DNA from: the human T2T-CHM13v2.0 reference genome, Homo sapiens
DNA: 64,000 bases
Assembly (NCBI RefSeq): GCF_009914755.1
Contig: NC_060948.1
Direction: 5' to 3' (one strand)
In this document: one piece after another, positions 14,464-27,650 of the stretch
How the letters are laid out: the number at the start of each line of letters is the position of its first letter
How positions within the stretch are numbered: the first letter of the stretch is position 1
The notes under the pieces: generated by a model
Databases searched by the model: none
Told to the model about the DNA's origin: nothing
Seen by the model: the letters and a program-made list of their open reading frames with translations, nothing else
Position numbers and translations under genes: made by a program

Positions 14464-14889
14464 TCTACTCTCTCTCTCAGTGTGTGGAAATATCACCCAA
14501 TTGGCTGGAGTCCCAGCTACTGGGGAGGCTGAAGTGAAAGAATGGCTTGGTCCTGGAATGTCAAGGATGCAGTGAGCCAAGATCACACCACTGAACTCCA
14601 GTTTCTGTGACATAGCAAGAACCTGTCTCCAAAAAAAAAAAAAGATATATTGATTACAGATATAGATAAAGATAGCTATTGAGAGGCATAGATATAGATG
14701 TATGAGAGGCAACTTATAAGGGGATTTGCTCATGCAATTATGGAGGATGAGAACTCCCACCAAAAACGATGTCCAAGTTAGAGAACTCCAGAACCCAGTA
14801 GCATGGCTCAGATCAATTTTGAAAATCTTGGAACCAGGGAAGCTGATGGTATAATTCTCATTCTGAGGACAAAGGCTAGAGGACCTGTG
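14464..14889 (+). repeat. Composite local duplication: inverted copy of 11787-11823 plus direct copy of about 11220-11580 (AluJ right arm + MLT2)
   Basis: Shares the unique Alu-tail/MLT2 junction aaaagatatattgattacagatatagataaag. Confidence 0.92.
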
Positions 14890-15477
14890 GAGCACCCTCA
14901 TCTTTTTTGTCCATATGGTATGAGTGATTGCCCCAACGGTAAGATCAGCCCACTGAAGCCAACTATTCATAATTTTATCTCATCAAGGACATACAGTTGT
15001 TTGTCCACCCCATTGCCCTCAACTGGACTCCCATTTGTCTGGAATATATTATTCCTAAATACCCAACAATTAATTGAGTAACATGCAAAATAAATAGAGA
15101 TGGGGCAAATCTTCAGGTGTACTGGACGTTACAGGAAAAGTTTGAGGACCACCTGCTGAATATTTTATTCAAAGAGGAAAAAGAAAAGAAGCAGTAGGCT
15201 GGGGAGGAGGAGAAGAAGAAGAAAGGGAGAACATGAGTAGGAAGATAAAAAGAATAGAAAGAGACGGAGAGAGAAATGAGTGAGCAAAGCTTGGACCACA
15301 CAGTTTCTCAGTTCTTACGTGAGGATGACTGATGATGACGTTGTGCACATATGATCTTTCAAAATGATTGAATTGAAGGGGTAATTATGCCATGTTATCA
15401 TATGATTTTCAGAAATACTCATCAAAGCAGACACTGTGCAAACATTGGAAATATATGACGTGTAACACAAACTTCCT

Positions 15478-15942
15478 AAATGAGACTCTGTCATTTACAA
15501 CAACATGGATGGAAGTGGAGATCATTAAGTTCAGTGAAATAAACCAGATATAGAAAGACAAACATCACATGTTCTCACTTATTTGTGGAAGCTAAAGATT
15601 AAAACAATTGAACGCACGGAAATAGAGAGTGGAAGGAAGGTTACCAGAGGCTGGGAAGCATAGTGGTTGGTGGAGGGGAAGTTGGGGATGGTTAATCAAT
15701 AAATAAAATACTTACATGAATCAGATCATAGCACAACAGGCTGACTACAGTAAAAATAATTTAGTTATACACTTTAAAATAACTAAAAAAGTATAATTTC
15801 ATTGTAAAAAAAAGTAATTGCTTAAAGTATTGAATGTCCCATTCACACTGATATGAGTATTACATATTGTGTGTCTATATAAAAATATCTGATATGCCCC
15901 ATAAATACATACAGCTACTATGGACCCACATAAATTAAAAAT
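15478..15942 (+). mobile_element. L1MA 3' end
   Basis: ctgtcatttacaacaacatggatgga...ggttaccagaggctggga...ataaattaaaaa. Confidence 0.9.
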
Positions 15943-16055
15943 CAGAAGTTTTTAAAGGAGAATTTCCTAAATTCAAAAGCTGTTACCACCTGCTTACATA
16001 GAATTAATCCTTCCCTTCCTCTCTCAGCCTCTCTCGATCTTACACACACAAACCT

Positions 16056-16057
<2 letters not shown>

Positions 16058-16088
<31 letters not shown>
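16058..16088. repeat. (CA)n microsatellite
   Basis: direct. Confidence 0.95.
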
Positions 16089-16091
<3 letters not shown>

Positions 16092-16689
16092 CATGACAGT
16101 TCTGATTATCTAGCTGAAAATATATTAAATTTATGCCTCAAAGAAGCTTCATCTCTAACATTAGCTAATAAATTAAGTAGTTTTCTGGGAAGAATACTTG
16201 CAAGTACAATGGTGTTGTAAGTTTGTCAAAACTTATACAACTTCATAAGTGGCATAACAGAACAAGGTTGAAGTGAGGCAGTCTGTATTGAATTAGAACA
16301 ATTAATATCCTTTTCCCAATAACAAATGAACTTGATATGTCTCCTGACGTAAAAAGCATTAAATGGCTTATATATAATATTATATCATAAGAAATAAAAC
16401 TGGCTGGAAGAGATAAACCAACAGAAAGTTAATTAAAATATATCCAAGTGTGAAGCTACCAGCAGCCTGTCACAATGAATTTCCTAGCAAAAAACTGAGA
16501 GGATTATGAATATTAAAAATCTAATAAGAAATTACACAGTATTTAACTTGAAAGGACAGTGTATGCATAATAATAGAATAACAGTGTTACATAAATACAT
16601 AAAGTTACAACATAATCTTCATATTTTAATGACAATAATTGTCAATTTCTTATAAATCTACAAATGCACACATAATAAGACTTAGAAGA

Positions 16690-17435
16690 TCAATTCCTAA
16701 ATATTTAACCAAGAAAAATTAAAATGTATCCATATTTGTATAAGAACTTCCATAGCAGGTTGATTCATAAAACCCCAATAGTACAAATACTCCAGACATT
16801 GTAAGAGAAGAAAAGAGAAAGTGTGGCATACTTAATATGGACTACCAATAATTACGTAATAAAAAATAGGACTACTGATATAAACAATAACATTGAAGAA
16901 CCTTTACAAAATGATGTTGATAGAGAGAACCCACAATAATACAAACTGTATATTTTTATTTACATAAAATTAGAGTAAAAAAAAAGAAACCCATGGTGAA
17001 AAAGAATGTTGTTCCCTAACTGGGTGGGAATGAGAATTGACTGAGACTAAAGGAGAGAGCTGAGTGAGTTCTTCACCTTCATAGAAGTTTGTTATACAGG
17101 TATACGCATTTGTCAAGATTTTGTGCAGGTATACTCAGGATTATGCATTTTACTTTGGGTTGCAAATTTTACCTAAACTAAAACAAAAAGAACCATAAAC
17201 AAGTATTAATAGTATGCATACTAAAGTATTGGGTGATGGGAAGTAATGTTATTTGCCACTTATTTTTAAATATTTTTTAAAAAAGACAACTAGCTTGAAT
17301 AAAGAGAACTATAAGTCAATAGCTAGCTATATAGCAAACCAATTAAAATATGATACATCTGTACAGATGTTATAAGGGTGTTTACAGTTCTTTCACTTTA
17401 CCTGCATATTTCAGAATTTGAATATTACATATTGG
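16690..17435 (+). mobile_element. Old L1M (MC/MD/ME-like) 3' fragment
   Basis: caattcctaaatatttaaccaagaaaaatt...gtatacgcatttgtcaaga...tatgcattttact. Confidence 0.6.
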
Positions 17436-17754
17436 AAAAATAAGAACAGCATTAGTATATTTCAGTAAATGCTAAAGCGTACATCTATAATGAAGGCAAA
17501 GAAACAAAAAACAAGTTGCAAAAATTATGAAGAAATACAGAAACTGGTATACTAAATAAACTTTGATAATTGTTTATTGTTAATTGCTGCTTTTAAGAGT
17601 ATCCAGATAATACTGATTGAAAAGTAGGCTTTACATAGCCTTTAGAAACTTTACCTTTATGATATTGGAGAAACTATTCCTGGCTTTCTCATAAGCAGAA
17701 AAAAATATTTCATCTGTATTTTGGGGATTATTTTTGCTTTTCTTCTTTTATGTA

Positions 17755-18900
17755 CTTTTTTCTAATTTGTGTAAATTTAAGGGGTACAAGTGCAATTTGT
17801 TACATGGATGTTTTGAGTGGTGGTAAAGTCTGAGTTTTTAGTGTATCCACCACCTGAATAAGGCAAATTGTCCCATGAAGTAAATTCTCATTCATCACAA
17901 CCTCCCACCTTCCCACCCTTTCAACTCTCCAGTGTCCATTGTTCTAAATCAGTGATTCGCCAAACTTTTGGCAGCAGGTACTGATTTTGTGGAAGACAAT
18001 TTTTCCATGGATCTGTGGGTGGAGTGTAGATGGTTTCAGGCTGAAACTGCTCCACCTAAGATCATCAGGTGTTAGATTCTCATAAAGAGTGCACAAACCA
18101 GATCCCTCTCATGTACCAGTCAATGGCCTTGGGGTAAGGGACTCCTGTTCTGCCTTATGCTTCAATGTGTAGACATTATTAATCTCCAAGTTGTAAGTTA
18201 GTACACATGGTTTTTGTCTTTCTGTTTCTGAGTTGTTTTACTTGAGATAATGGCCCCCAGTTGCATGCATGTTGCTGCAAAAAACAAACAAATAAACAAA
18301 AAAAAGGTTTCATTCTTTTTTATGGCTTAATAATATTCTATTGTGTACATATACCACATTTTGTTCATGAAATCATCTATTGATGGACACTTAATTTGCT
18401 TCCGTATCTTCTCTATTGTGAATATTACTGTAATAAACATGTGAGTACAGGTATATTTTTGATATAATGATTTATTTTCTTCTGGGTGGATACCCAGTAG
18501 TAGGATGGCTAGATCAAATGGTAGTTACACTTTTAGTTTTCTGAAGAATCTCTACAGTGTTTTCCATAGAGATTGTACTAATTTATATTCCTACCAACTA
18601 TGTATAAGCATTCTTTTTTTTTTAACCTCACCAATATCTGTTACTTTTTGTCTTTAATAATAGTCATTTTAACTGGTGTATGATGGTATCTCATTGTAAT
18701 TTTAACCTGCATTTCTCTAATTATTTCAGCAATTTTTCATATGTTTGTATAAGTATTTGTATATCTCCTTTGAAAAATAGCTATTTATGTTTTTTGCCTA
18801 CTCCTTAATGGAGTTCCATGGTTTTAGTTGTTTTTGTTGATGTTTTTGAGTTTCTACTAATTCTGGATCTATATTTCAATTGAGGATTAACTTGCAAACA
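17755..18900 (-). mobile_element. L1MA/L1PB 3' region, interrupted by MER1B
   Basis: taaatttaaggggtacaagtgc...tacccagtagtaggatggctagatcaaatggtag. Confidence 0.88.
17950..18147 (-). mobile_element. MER1B (hAT-Charlie), internally deleted
   Basis: ttttgtggaagacaatttttccatgga...tagattctcataa...gggactcctg. Confidence 0.85.
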
Positions 18901-19026
18901 ATGTTGGTTTTTATTTTTTCCACAGAGATACAAAGTTATTACATAAATTTATAAACTGGAGCTGCAATATGGATTAGATAATAAACACATTCTTTCAATT
19001 ATTTTGTACATATGCATAAAAAGATT

Positions 19027-19106
19027 TTTTAATTATAATTTAAGTTTTAGGGTACATGTGCACAATGTGCAGGTTTGTTACATATTAGGAGATATACTTA
19101 ATGTTA
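19027..19106 (-). mobile_element. About 80-bp 5'-inverted L1PA insertion
   Basis: Terminal L1PA sequence on minus plus ttaggagatatacttaatgtt on plus; TSD aaaaagatt. Confidence 0.85.
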
Positions 19107-19947
19107 AAAAAGATTATTCTTAAGAGAGAACTATAACGTTAATTTCTCAGATCTTCTTATAAATTTTAGTACACTGGAGATTGTATCATACATTATTACA
19201 ACAGCTTCCACAATTAAATGAATTCTAATCATATTTTGTAGAATATAAAGTAGTAATGTATAACATCAAATTAATAAAAATATTTTAATCTGATTTCTTC
19301 ATAAATGTAATAACTAGTAATTTAGCTATTCTTTTTGAAAGACGTGATCACAAAAAAGGAACTAATCTCTCAACAAATATATAAGCATATTATTTGCATA
19401 TAAATATATTATTTGCATAAGTTTATAAATTTAGCTTTATTTTCTCCTAATAACATTAACACAGGAACTGTATTCAGCATTAAACCTTTGAGCACAGATT
19501 CTTCATTTTAAGATATAAAAGTTATTGACATGAGATTTATAATATTTTAATCATTGTAATATTTTAATTATTGTTGTAATATAATGGCATATTCACCAGA
19601 TTCTTGAGAAAAGATTGCTCTAATCAGCCTATTTATTTAAAATTGTTTAAGATAGGTAAGTGTTCCTAGCTTAGCAGTTATTGCAATCAGAAATGGGAAG
19701 ACTTCAAGAATTTCTATGTTGCTCTTCGGAAGTGTAAAGTCATTTAGCTGTATGATCCTTTATTGCCATTTTTTTTCTGACAGATTTTATGAATTTATCT
19801 TTGTCTCAAAAGTTCATCATGTTGTATTAATGTGAGTCTATTTTATTTAATATGCGGGTAATTAATTTTTTTCTGGGACCTGGTTTTTCATTTCTGGGAA
19901 AGGCATTATTTTTTAATGTGAATCCTACTGGCAACCTTTTGGACACA

Positions 19948-20241
19948 TTTTTTTCTTTTGAGACAGGATCTCAGCCTGTCAAGCAGCTTGGAGTGCAGTG
20001 GCACCATCAAAGCCCATTGCAGCCTCATCTACCCTGGCTTAAGTGATCCTCTTACCTCAGCTTCCCAAATAGCTGAGACTACAGGTACACACCACCACAC
20101 CTGGATAATTTTGATATCTTTTGTAGACATGGGGTTTTTCCATCTTGCCCAGCATTATCTTAAAGTCCTGGGCTGAAGTTACCTTCTCACCTTGGTCTCC
20201 CAAAGTGCTGAAATTACAGGTGTGAGCCACTGAGCCTGGCC
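19948..20241 (-). mobile_element. AluJo-like
   Basis: Diverged full Alu. Confidence 0.9.
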
Positions 20242-20244
20242 AGA

Positions 20245-20246
<2 letters not shown>

Positions 20247-20283
<37 letters not shown>

Positions 20284-20472
20284 TCGGGGAGACGGAGTCT
20301 CACTCTGTCGCCAGGCTGGAGTGCAGTGGCTTATGATCTCGGCCCACTGCAACCTCTGCCTCTTGGGTTTCACCACTTTGGCCAGGATGGACTCGATCTC
20401 TTGACATCGTGATCCACCTGTCTCGGTCTCCCAAAGTGCTGGGATTACAGCCGTGACCCACCGTGCCCTGCA
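20247..20472 (-). mobile_element. AluSc-like with internal deletion
   Basis: ctctgtcgccagg diagnostic; arms joined at gggtttca. Confidence 0.9.
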
Positions 20473-21174
20473 ACAGACAAATGTTTATAGATGTTATAGG
20501 TTATACTTTCTCCATGTGTTAATTGCCTTTATTAATTCCTTAATTGTAATTTTAAAATTTTCAAAGTCTTGGCGATTGTATAATCTAAAATTCTCTTCTT
20601 ATTTTTTCAGGTGTGACTCAATTACTTCATTCTACAATCTCTCTTGATAATTTATAAGTGCTTCCTTTTTTATTTTTTATTTTTTCTTAGGTAGGATTTG
20701 AAATTATTCCATTCATTTTTTCTGTCTTTTAACAATAGCACTACCTCCCTATGCAAGTACATACTTTTCCTAATAGTAGTTTCAAATACAATTTTGGCTG
20801 CTTGTCAGTTATATTTTGAATGTGTCTAAAATTATTTAGTTCCTACTCTCTTTTCTACTCATAAAATCAGTTTTATATAGTTATTAACCTATTTCTCTGC
20901 CAACTCCTAAATTTCTACTGAGTCATTTTAGGACATTAAAACCCGACTAGTATTATAATTTTCCTTATGGTATATTTCTTGCTTTTAATAACTTTATTTT
21001 GGCAATGACATAATACATTCATAGTTAATAACCTTTTCCATTTTGCCTTATTGTTCTCCATGGTTTTACACTTTTTCTGTTGAGATATGTGCACAGTTGA
21101 TTTTGCAGACCTTTAAATTAGGTATTGACAATGAAATTCCTTTTAATTAGTTGGGTGCTTTTTTTTTACTAGAA

Positions 21175-21471
<297 letters not shown>

Positions 21472-22325
21472 TTGAATATTCTTATTTAGCTCAGAAAACA
21501 GCTTTTGAGCTGAACTTCCTTAAATGCTATAGTTGCCAATTATATGTCATTGCTATTATTAATATGAATGTTATTGTTACTAATATCATTTTATTGTTGT
21601 TTGTACAACTTACCGTCTGTTTCCTCCAGCAGCTCAGTTTTCTGGGAATGTCATTTATGTGTTCAGATTCCCAGGTCTTCTAATTTGAAGGACTCATTTA
21701 TTTGTGGACTGACTGGATCTTAAACCCTGTTATTAGAGTATTTTAAATTGCTGTGCCTCCTTGGAAGTACAGATAAAATGGTCTCAACCACCATCGGCCA
21801 TTAATCAGCAGAGGTCACCATGGGCAGCCTATGGAAATCAGCAGGGGACGTCTGTGCATTAAAGAAATCAGGCTCACTCACTTTACATCATTGCAGCATC
21901 TGAGGAAATCCCCATGAAACCATTGTCTGCCACTTTCTGGTCCCCACCCTGAGATTTCCTGAAACTGCATTTCTGATCCTTATTGCATCCATGAAGGAGA
22001 GTGCTCCATGTAAATTCCCTTGCTGTCGTTCCAACTACATCCAAACTTCATTCTTACACAACTTTCTGGCGGCCTCAGACATCAAGTCCAGGAGGGTCCA
22101 GTTGCTGGATCCTTGAGTTCAGGTGAATTGAATTGCATTAGAGATATCTTTCCAGAATCACCTTCCACAAATCGTCATTTATGAACTCATATATTACATG
22201 TGTTTCTCATCCTTTTAGTATTAAATATATATCAGATATTTGGCTCAACTGTTTCAATGATTGGGATGGAATGAATGCAGTTTTAGATCATTAATAATAA
22301 CCTGGATTTTTATTATATATATATT

Positions 22326-22771
22326 TCTAAGAGTTAAAGAAAGAAGAGGGAAACATGAAAAGTGGCTCAACAGTCAAAGGTATGTTTATTTTGGAGAATA
22401 AAAATAAGAGGAACTTCTGGCCAATTTTGATCAGGAGTACTCTCTCTTACAGACTAAGAGTATTTAAGGTTTTATGGCAAGATAGCTTATCGCAGGTTTG
22501 GAATGTTTTTGTGTGGAGGAGAAATTTATTGTGGGGTTGGAATGTCTCTGGTTGGAGGGGAGATTATTGCGAGTCTGTCACGTCTCTAGTCGAGGAGGGG
22601 TTTAACTCAGATTTGGAATGTCTCTGATCAGAGATGTCATTTGTGGTTTATGGTCATGCTGATGTTAGCCATTAGACTGATGCCCTTTGGGTTGGACTTA
22701 GGCAGTTTTTGATAAAGGGGAACTTTAAAATAGCGCTGCTTGTCCAAGATGGTAATGCCTATGCTCTGCCA
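22326..22771 (-). mobile_element. ERV1-class solo LTR (MER66/MER31-like)
   Basis: Minus strand starts TGGCAGAGCATAGGCATTACCATCTTGGACAAGC; TSD atatt on both sides. Confidence 0.75.
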
Positions 22772-23198
22772 ATATTATGTACAAATACAATTTTCATAAA
22801 TTTCTTAATAAGAAAGTTCCAATCTCCTCTACTCATCTCTTCTTTCAATATCTTCTTTTCTGGTTCCTCTTGTCTCATACCTACTTACCCTGATTGTCAT
22901 CCAAGGACTCAATCCCAGTATCATGAGTCCTAAAAAATATTTTTTCGTACATATTTTGACATAAAGAACACCTGGCTAGAAGCAATATCCCCTGAATGTA
23001 GGTCCTGAGAATGAGACAGCTGACACCTTTTATTAATTGGTAAAGAAGGCGACAAGCTTTGAATGAGACCATAGAGTGGGGGACATTTGTGTGCATGTCA
23101 CTTTCATCCTGTTTTGCTTTTATCTCTCTCCTTTTCTCTCTCTTTCTCCCTCTTTCTATATGTGTTTGTTTTCATATGTGTGTGTGTGTTTTAATTTC

Positions 23199-24686
23199 TT
23201 TTGTTCAATTTTTTTAAATTATACTTTAAGTTCTAGGATACATGAGGAAAACATCCAGGTTTTTTACATAGGTATAGAGATGCCATGGTAGTTTGCTGCA
23301 CCCATCAACCGAACATTGACATTAGCTATTTCTCTAAAGCTGTCCCTCCCTTGGCCCCCCATCCCCTGACAGGCCCCTGTGTTTGATGAACCCTGCCCTG
23401 TGTCCATGTGTTCTCATTGTTCAACTCCCAATTATGAGTGAGAACATGCAATATTTGGTTTTCTGTTCTTGTGTTAGTTTGTTAAGATGATGGTTTCCAA
23501 CTTCATCTATGTCCCTGCAAAGGACACTAACTCATTCTTTTTATGGCTGCATAGCATTCTATGTTGTATATGTGCTACATTTTCTTTATCCAGTCTATTA
23601 TTGATGGGCATTTAGTTTGATTCCAAGTCTTTGCTATTGTGAATAGTGCTCCAATAAACATATGTGTGCGTGTGTCTTTATAGCAGAATGATTTATAATC
23701 CTTTGAGTATATTCCCAGTAATGGAATTGCTAGGTCAAATGATATTTCTTTTTCTAGGTTCTTGAAGAATCGCCACACTTTCTTCCAAACTGGTAAAACT
23801 AATTTACACTGCCACCAACAGTGTAAAAGTATTCCCTATTCCTCCACATTCTCTCCAGCATCTGCTGTTTCCTGACATTTTAATGAATGCCATTCTAACT
23901 TGAGTGAGATGGTATCTCATGGTGGTTTTGACTTGCATTTCTCTAATGACCAGTGACAATGAGCTTTATTTTTTTCTCATATGTTTGTTGGCCGCATAAA
24001 TGTCTCTTTTCAGAAGTGTCTGTTCATATACTTCATCCATTTTTTAATATATTTGTTTGTTTTTTTCTTGTAAATTTGTTTAAGTTCCTTTTAGATTCAG
24101 GATATTAACCTTTTGTCAGATGGACAGATTGCAAAATTTTTCTCTCATTCCATAGTTGGCTCATTCATCCTGATGATTGCTTCTTTTGCTGTGCAGAAGC
24201 TCTTTAGTTTAATTAGATCTCATTTTTCAATTTTGGCTTTTGTTGCCGTTGCTTTTGGTGTTTTAGTCATTTGCTCATGTCTATATACTGAATGGTATTG
24301 CCTAGGTTTTCTTCTACAGTTTTTATGGTTTTAGGTCTTATATTTAAGTCATTAATCCACTTTGATTTAATTTTTGTATAAGGTGTAAAGAAGGGGTCCA
24401 GTTTTAGTTTTCTTCATATGGCTAGCCAGTTTTCCCAACACCATGTATTAAGTAGAGAATCTTTTCCCCATTGCTTGTTTTTATCAGATTTGTCAAAGAC
24501 CAGATGGTTGTAGACATGTGGCATTACTTCTGAGGCCTCTGTTCTGTTCCATTGGTCTATATATCTGTTTTGGTACCAGTATCATGCTATTTTGGTTACT
24601 GTATCCTTGTATTATAGTTTGAAGTCAGGTAGTGTAAACACTCCAGTTTTTTTCTTTTTGCTTAGGATTGTTCTGGCTATATATGG
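23199..24686 (-). mobile_element. L1PA 3' part (ORF2 end and 3' UTR) of a 5'-inverted insertion
   Basis: attatactttaagttctagg...; left TSD gtgtgttttaatttc 23184-23198. Confidence 0.95.
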
Positions 24687-25037
24687 TTCCTGACCCTCAT
24701 GTCTCCTGACTGGGAGACACCTCCCAGCACAGGTTGACAGACATCTCATACAAGAGAGCTCTGGCTGGCATCTGGCAAGTGCTCATCTGGGAAGAAGCTT
24801 CCAGAGGAAAGAACAGGCAGCAAACTTTGCTGTTCTGCAGCCTCCACTGGTGATACCCAGGCAAAAAGTGTCTGGAGTGGACCTCCAGCAAACTCCAGCA
24901 GACCTGCAGCACAGGGGCCTATTAGAAGGAAAACTAACAGAAATGAATAGGTTCAACACCAACAAAAAGGATGTACACCCAAAACCCCATCTGAATTTCA
25001 CCATCATCAAAGACCAATGGTAGATAAATCCACAAAG

Positions 25038-26061
25038 ATGAGGAATAAACAGCACATAAAGGCTGAAAATTCCAAAAACCAGAATGCTGCTTCTCCTCCA
25101 AAGGATCATAACTCCTCACCAGCAAGGTCACAAAACGGGATGGATAATGAGTTTAACAAACTGACAGAAGTAGGCTTCATAAGGTGGGGAATAGCAAACT
25201 CTTCTGACCTAAAGGAGCATGTTCTAACTCAATGCAAGGAAGCTAAGAATCTTGAAAAAAGAGTAGATGAATTTTTAACTAGAATAGTCAGTTTAGAGAA
25301 GAACATGAGTGACCAGATGGAGCTGAAAACACAGCAGGAGAACTTCATGAAGCATACACAAGTATCAATAGTGGAATCAATCAAGGGGAAGAAAAGATAT
25401 AAGAGATTGAAGATCAAATTAATGAAATAAAGGATGAAGACAATATTAGAGAAAAAAGAATAAAAAGGAATGAACAAAGCCTCCAAGAAGTATGGGACTA
25501 TGTGAAAAGACCAAACCTATGTTTGATTGATGTACCTGAATGTGACAGGGACAATGGAACCAAGTTGGAAAACACTCTTTGGTATATCAGCCAGAAGAAT
25601 TTCCCCAGCCTAGCAAGACAGGCCAATATTCAAATTCAGGAAATACAGAGAACACCACAAAGATATTCCTTGAGAAGAGCAACCCCAAGACACATAATCA
25701 TCAGATTCACCAAGGTTGAAATGAAGAAAATAATGTTAAGGGCAGCCAGAGAGAAAGGTTGGGTTACCCACAAAGGGAAGCCCATCAGATTAATGGAACA
25801 TCTATCTGCAGAAATCCTACAAGCCAGAAGAGAGTGGGGGCCAATATTCAGCATTCTTACAGAAAAGCATTTTCAATCCAGAATTTCATATCCAGACAAA
25901 ACAAGAGGCTAAGCAAAGGAGAAATAAAATTCTTTACAGACAAGCAAATGCTGAGAGATTTTGTCACCACCAGGCCTAACTTACAATAGTTCATGAAGGA
26001 AGTGTTAAATATAGAATGGAAGAACTGGTACCAGCCACTGCAAAAACATACAAAATTGTAA
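25038..26061 (+). pseudogene. L1 ORF1p, disrupted by stops and frameshifts
   Basis: MRNKQHIKAENSKNQNAASPPKD...; RPNL..VPE; QEIQRTPQRY; REKG; ARREW. Confidence 0.92.
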
Positions 26062-26118
26062 AGACCATCAACACTATGAAGAAACTGCAACAACTAATGG
26101 GCAAAATAACCAACTAGC

Positions 26119-26345
26119 ATGATAGTGACAGGGTCAAGTTCACACATAACAATATTAACCTTAAATGTAAACGGGCTAAATGCCCCAGTTAAAAGACACA
26201 GACTGGCAAATTGTATAAAGAGTCATGACCCATCAGTGTGCTGTATTCAAGAGACCCATCTCACGTGCAAAGACACACATAGGCTCAAAATAAAGGGATG
26301 GAGGAATATTTACCAAGTAAATGGAAAGCAAAAAAAAAAAAAAAA
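26119..26345 (+). pseudogene. L1 ORF2p endonuclease N-terminus, truncated
   Basis: HITILTLNVNGLNAP.KRHRLA..IK..DPSVCCIQETHL. Confidence 0.92.
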
Positions 26346-26354
26346 AAAGGTGTG

Positions 26355-26703
26355 TTTTAATTTCAATAGCTTTAGAGCTGCAAGTGGCTTTTGATTACAT
26401 GGCTGAATCATATAGTGATGAAGTCAGGGATTTTAGCTGACCTGTCACCAGAATAGTGTACAATGTACTCAGTAGGTAGGTTTCATTCCTCACCCTCCTC
26501 CTAGCCTCCCCTTTCTGAGTCTCCAGTGTCCAGTGTCCACTGTGTTTGCCTCTGCATCTTCATACCTCAATTTCCATTCACAAGTGAGAACGTGCAGTAT
26601 CTGGTTTTCAACTCCTAAGTTATTTCACTTAGAATAGAGGCCTCCAGTTACATGAAAGTTGTTTAGAAAGACATTATTTCATTCTATCTTATGGCTGAGT
26701 AGT
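26355..26703 (-). mobile_element. L1PB-like 3' end
   Basis: ttttgattacatggctgaa...aagtgagaacgtgcagtatctgg...ttatggctgagtag. Confidence 0.85.
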
Positions 26704-26764
26704 TGGAATGAGTGTATTTTGTGTTGTATATGGACATCAATTTTGAATAGGCAGCAGTGAAAAG

Positions 26765-26788
26765 TTATGATCTGAATTATAACCCTTA

Positions 26789-26829
<41 letters not shown>

Positions 26830-27650
26830 CATATGTTGAAGCCCCAACTCCCTATGTGACTATATTTGGATTTAGGAATTTTCAGAGAAAATTCAGGTTA
26901 AATAAGATGATATCCATGGGGTCCCAATTCTATAGTACTACTTACCATATAAGAGGAGAAAGAGAGAGATATCCCTTGTTTTTTTCCAACCATGTGAGGC
27001 CACTTTGAGAAGCTGGATGTCTATACGCAAAGAAGGAAACCCTCCCAGAAACAGAAACTTGTGAGAGGAAAAATTGTTCATAATTGTGGAAGGAACCTTC
27101 TTGGACCTTCATCATGGACTTCCCAGCCCCTAGAACTGTGAATAATTAAATTTCTTTTATATAATTGTGAAAGGAAAATATTTTCTTTCCCCAAAATCAC
27201 TAAGCTAAAGGGAAAAGTAAAGCTGGCAACTGCTTAGGGCCAAGCTGCCTCCCATTCTATTAAAAGTCAACCCTCTACTCACTGAGATAAATGCACATCT
27301 GATTGCCTCCTTTGGAGAGGCTAATCACAAACTTAAAAGAATGCAAATATTTTTCTCTTATCTACCCATTACCTGGAAGCCCCCTCCCCACTTCAAGTTG
27401 TCCTACCATTCCAGATGGAACCAATGTTCATCTTACATATGTTGATCAATGTCTCATGTCTACCTAAAATGTATACAACCAAACTGCTCTGACCACCTTG
27501 GACACATGTCATGAGGACGTCCTGAGGCTGTGTCACTGGCACACGTCTTCAACCTTGGAAAAATAAATTTTCAAAATTAACTGAGAACTGTCTCAGATTT
27601 TGGGGGCTCACGTAATGCATCATTTTATTTTGCTATGGCAATCTCAGCAC
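26765..27650 (+). mobile_element. MLT1A/B-like LTR containing (CA)n, interrupted by a MER4 LTR
   Basis: ttcatatgttgaagccccaac...ggacttcccagcccctagaactgtga. Confidence 0.7.
27166..27612 (+). mobile_element. MER4A-type solo LTR
   Basis: tgtgaaaggaaaata...ccccaaaatcactaagctaaaggg; 4-bp TSD taat. Confidence 0.88.

Larger units (their letters stand above)
24687..26349 (+). mobile_element. Inverted part of the same L1PA: distal 5' UTR, ORF1, ORF2 start
   Basis: ORF1/ORF2 peptides in the ORF track; right TSD gtgtgttttaatttc 26350-26364. Confidence 0.95.

Noticed and set aside
14452-14970. Longest ORF (172 aa, minus strand)
   Set aside because: Runs through MLT2- and Alu-derived duplicated sequence, with no domain or gene context.
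25017-26394. Active L1 ORF1/ORF2
   Set aside because: Stops, frameshifts, inversion and loss of most of ORF2.
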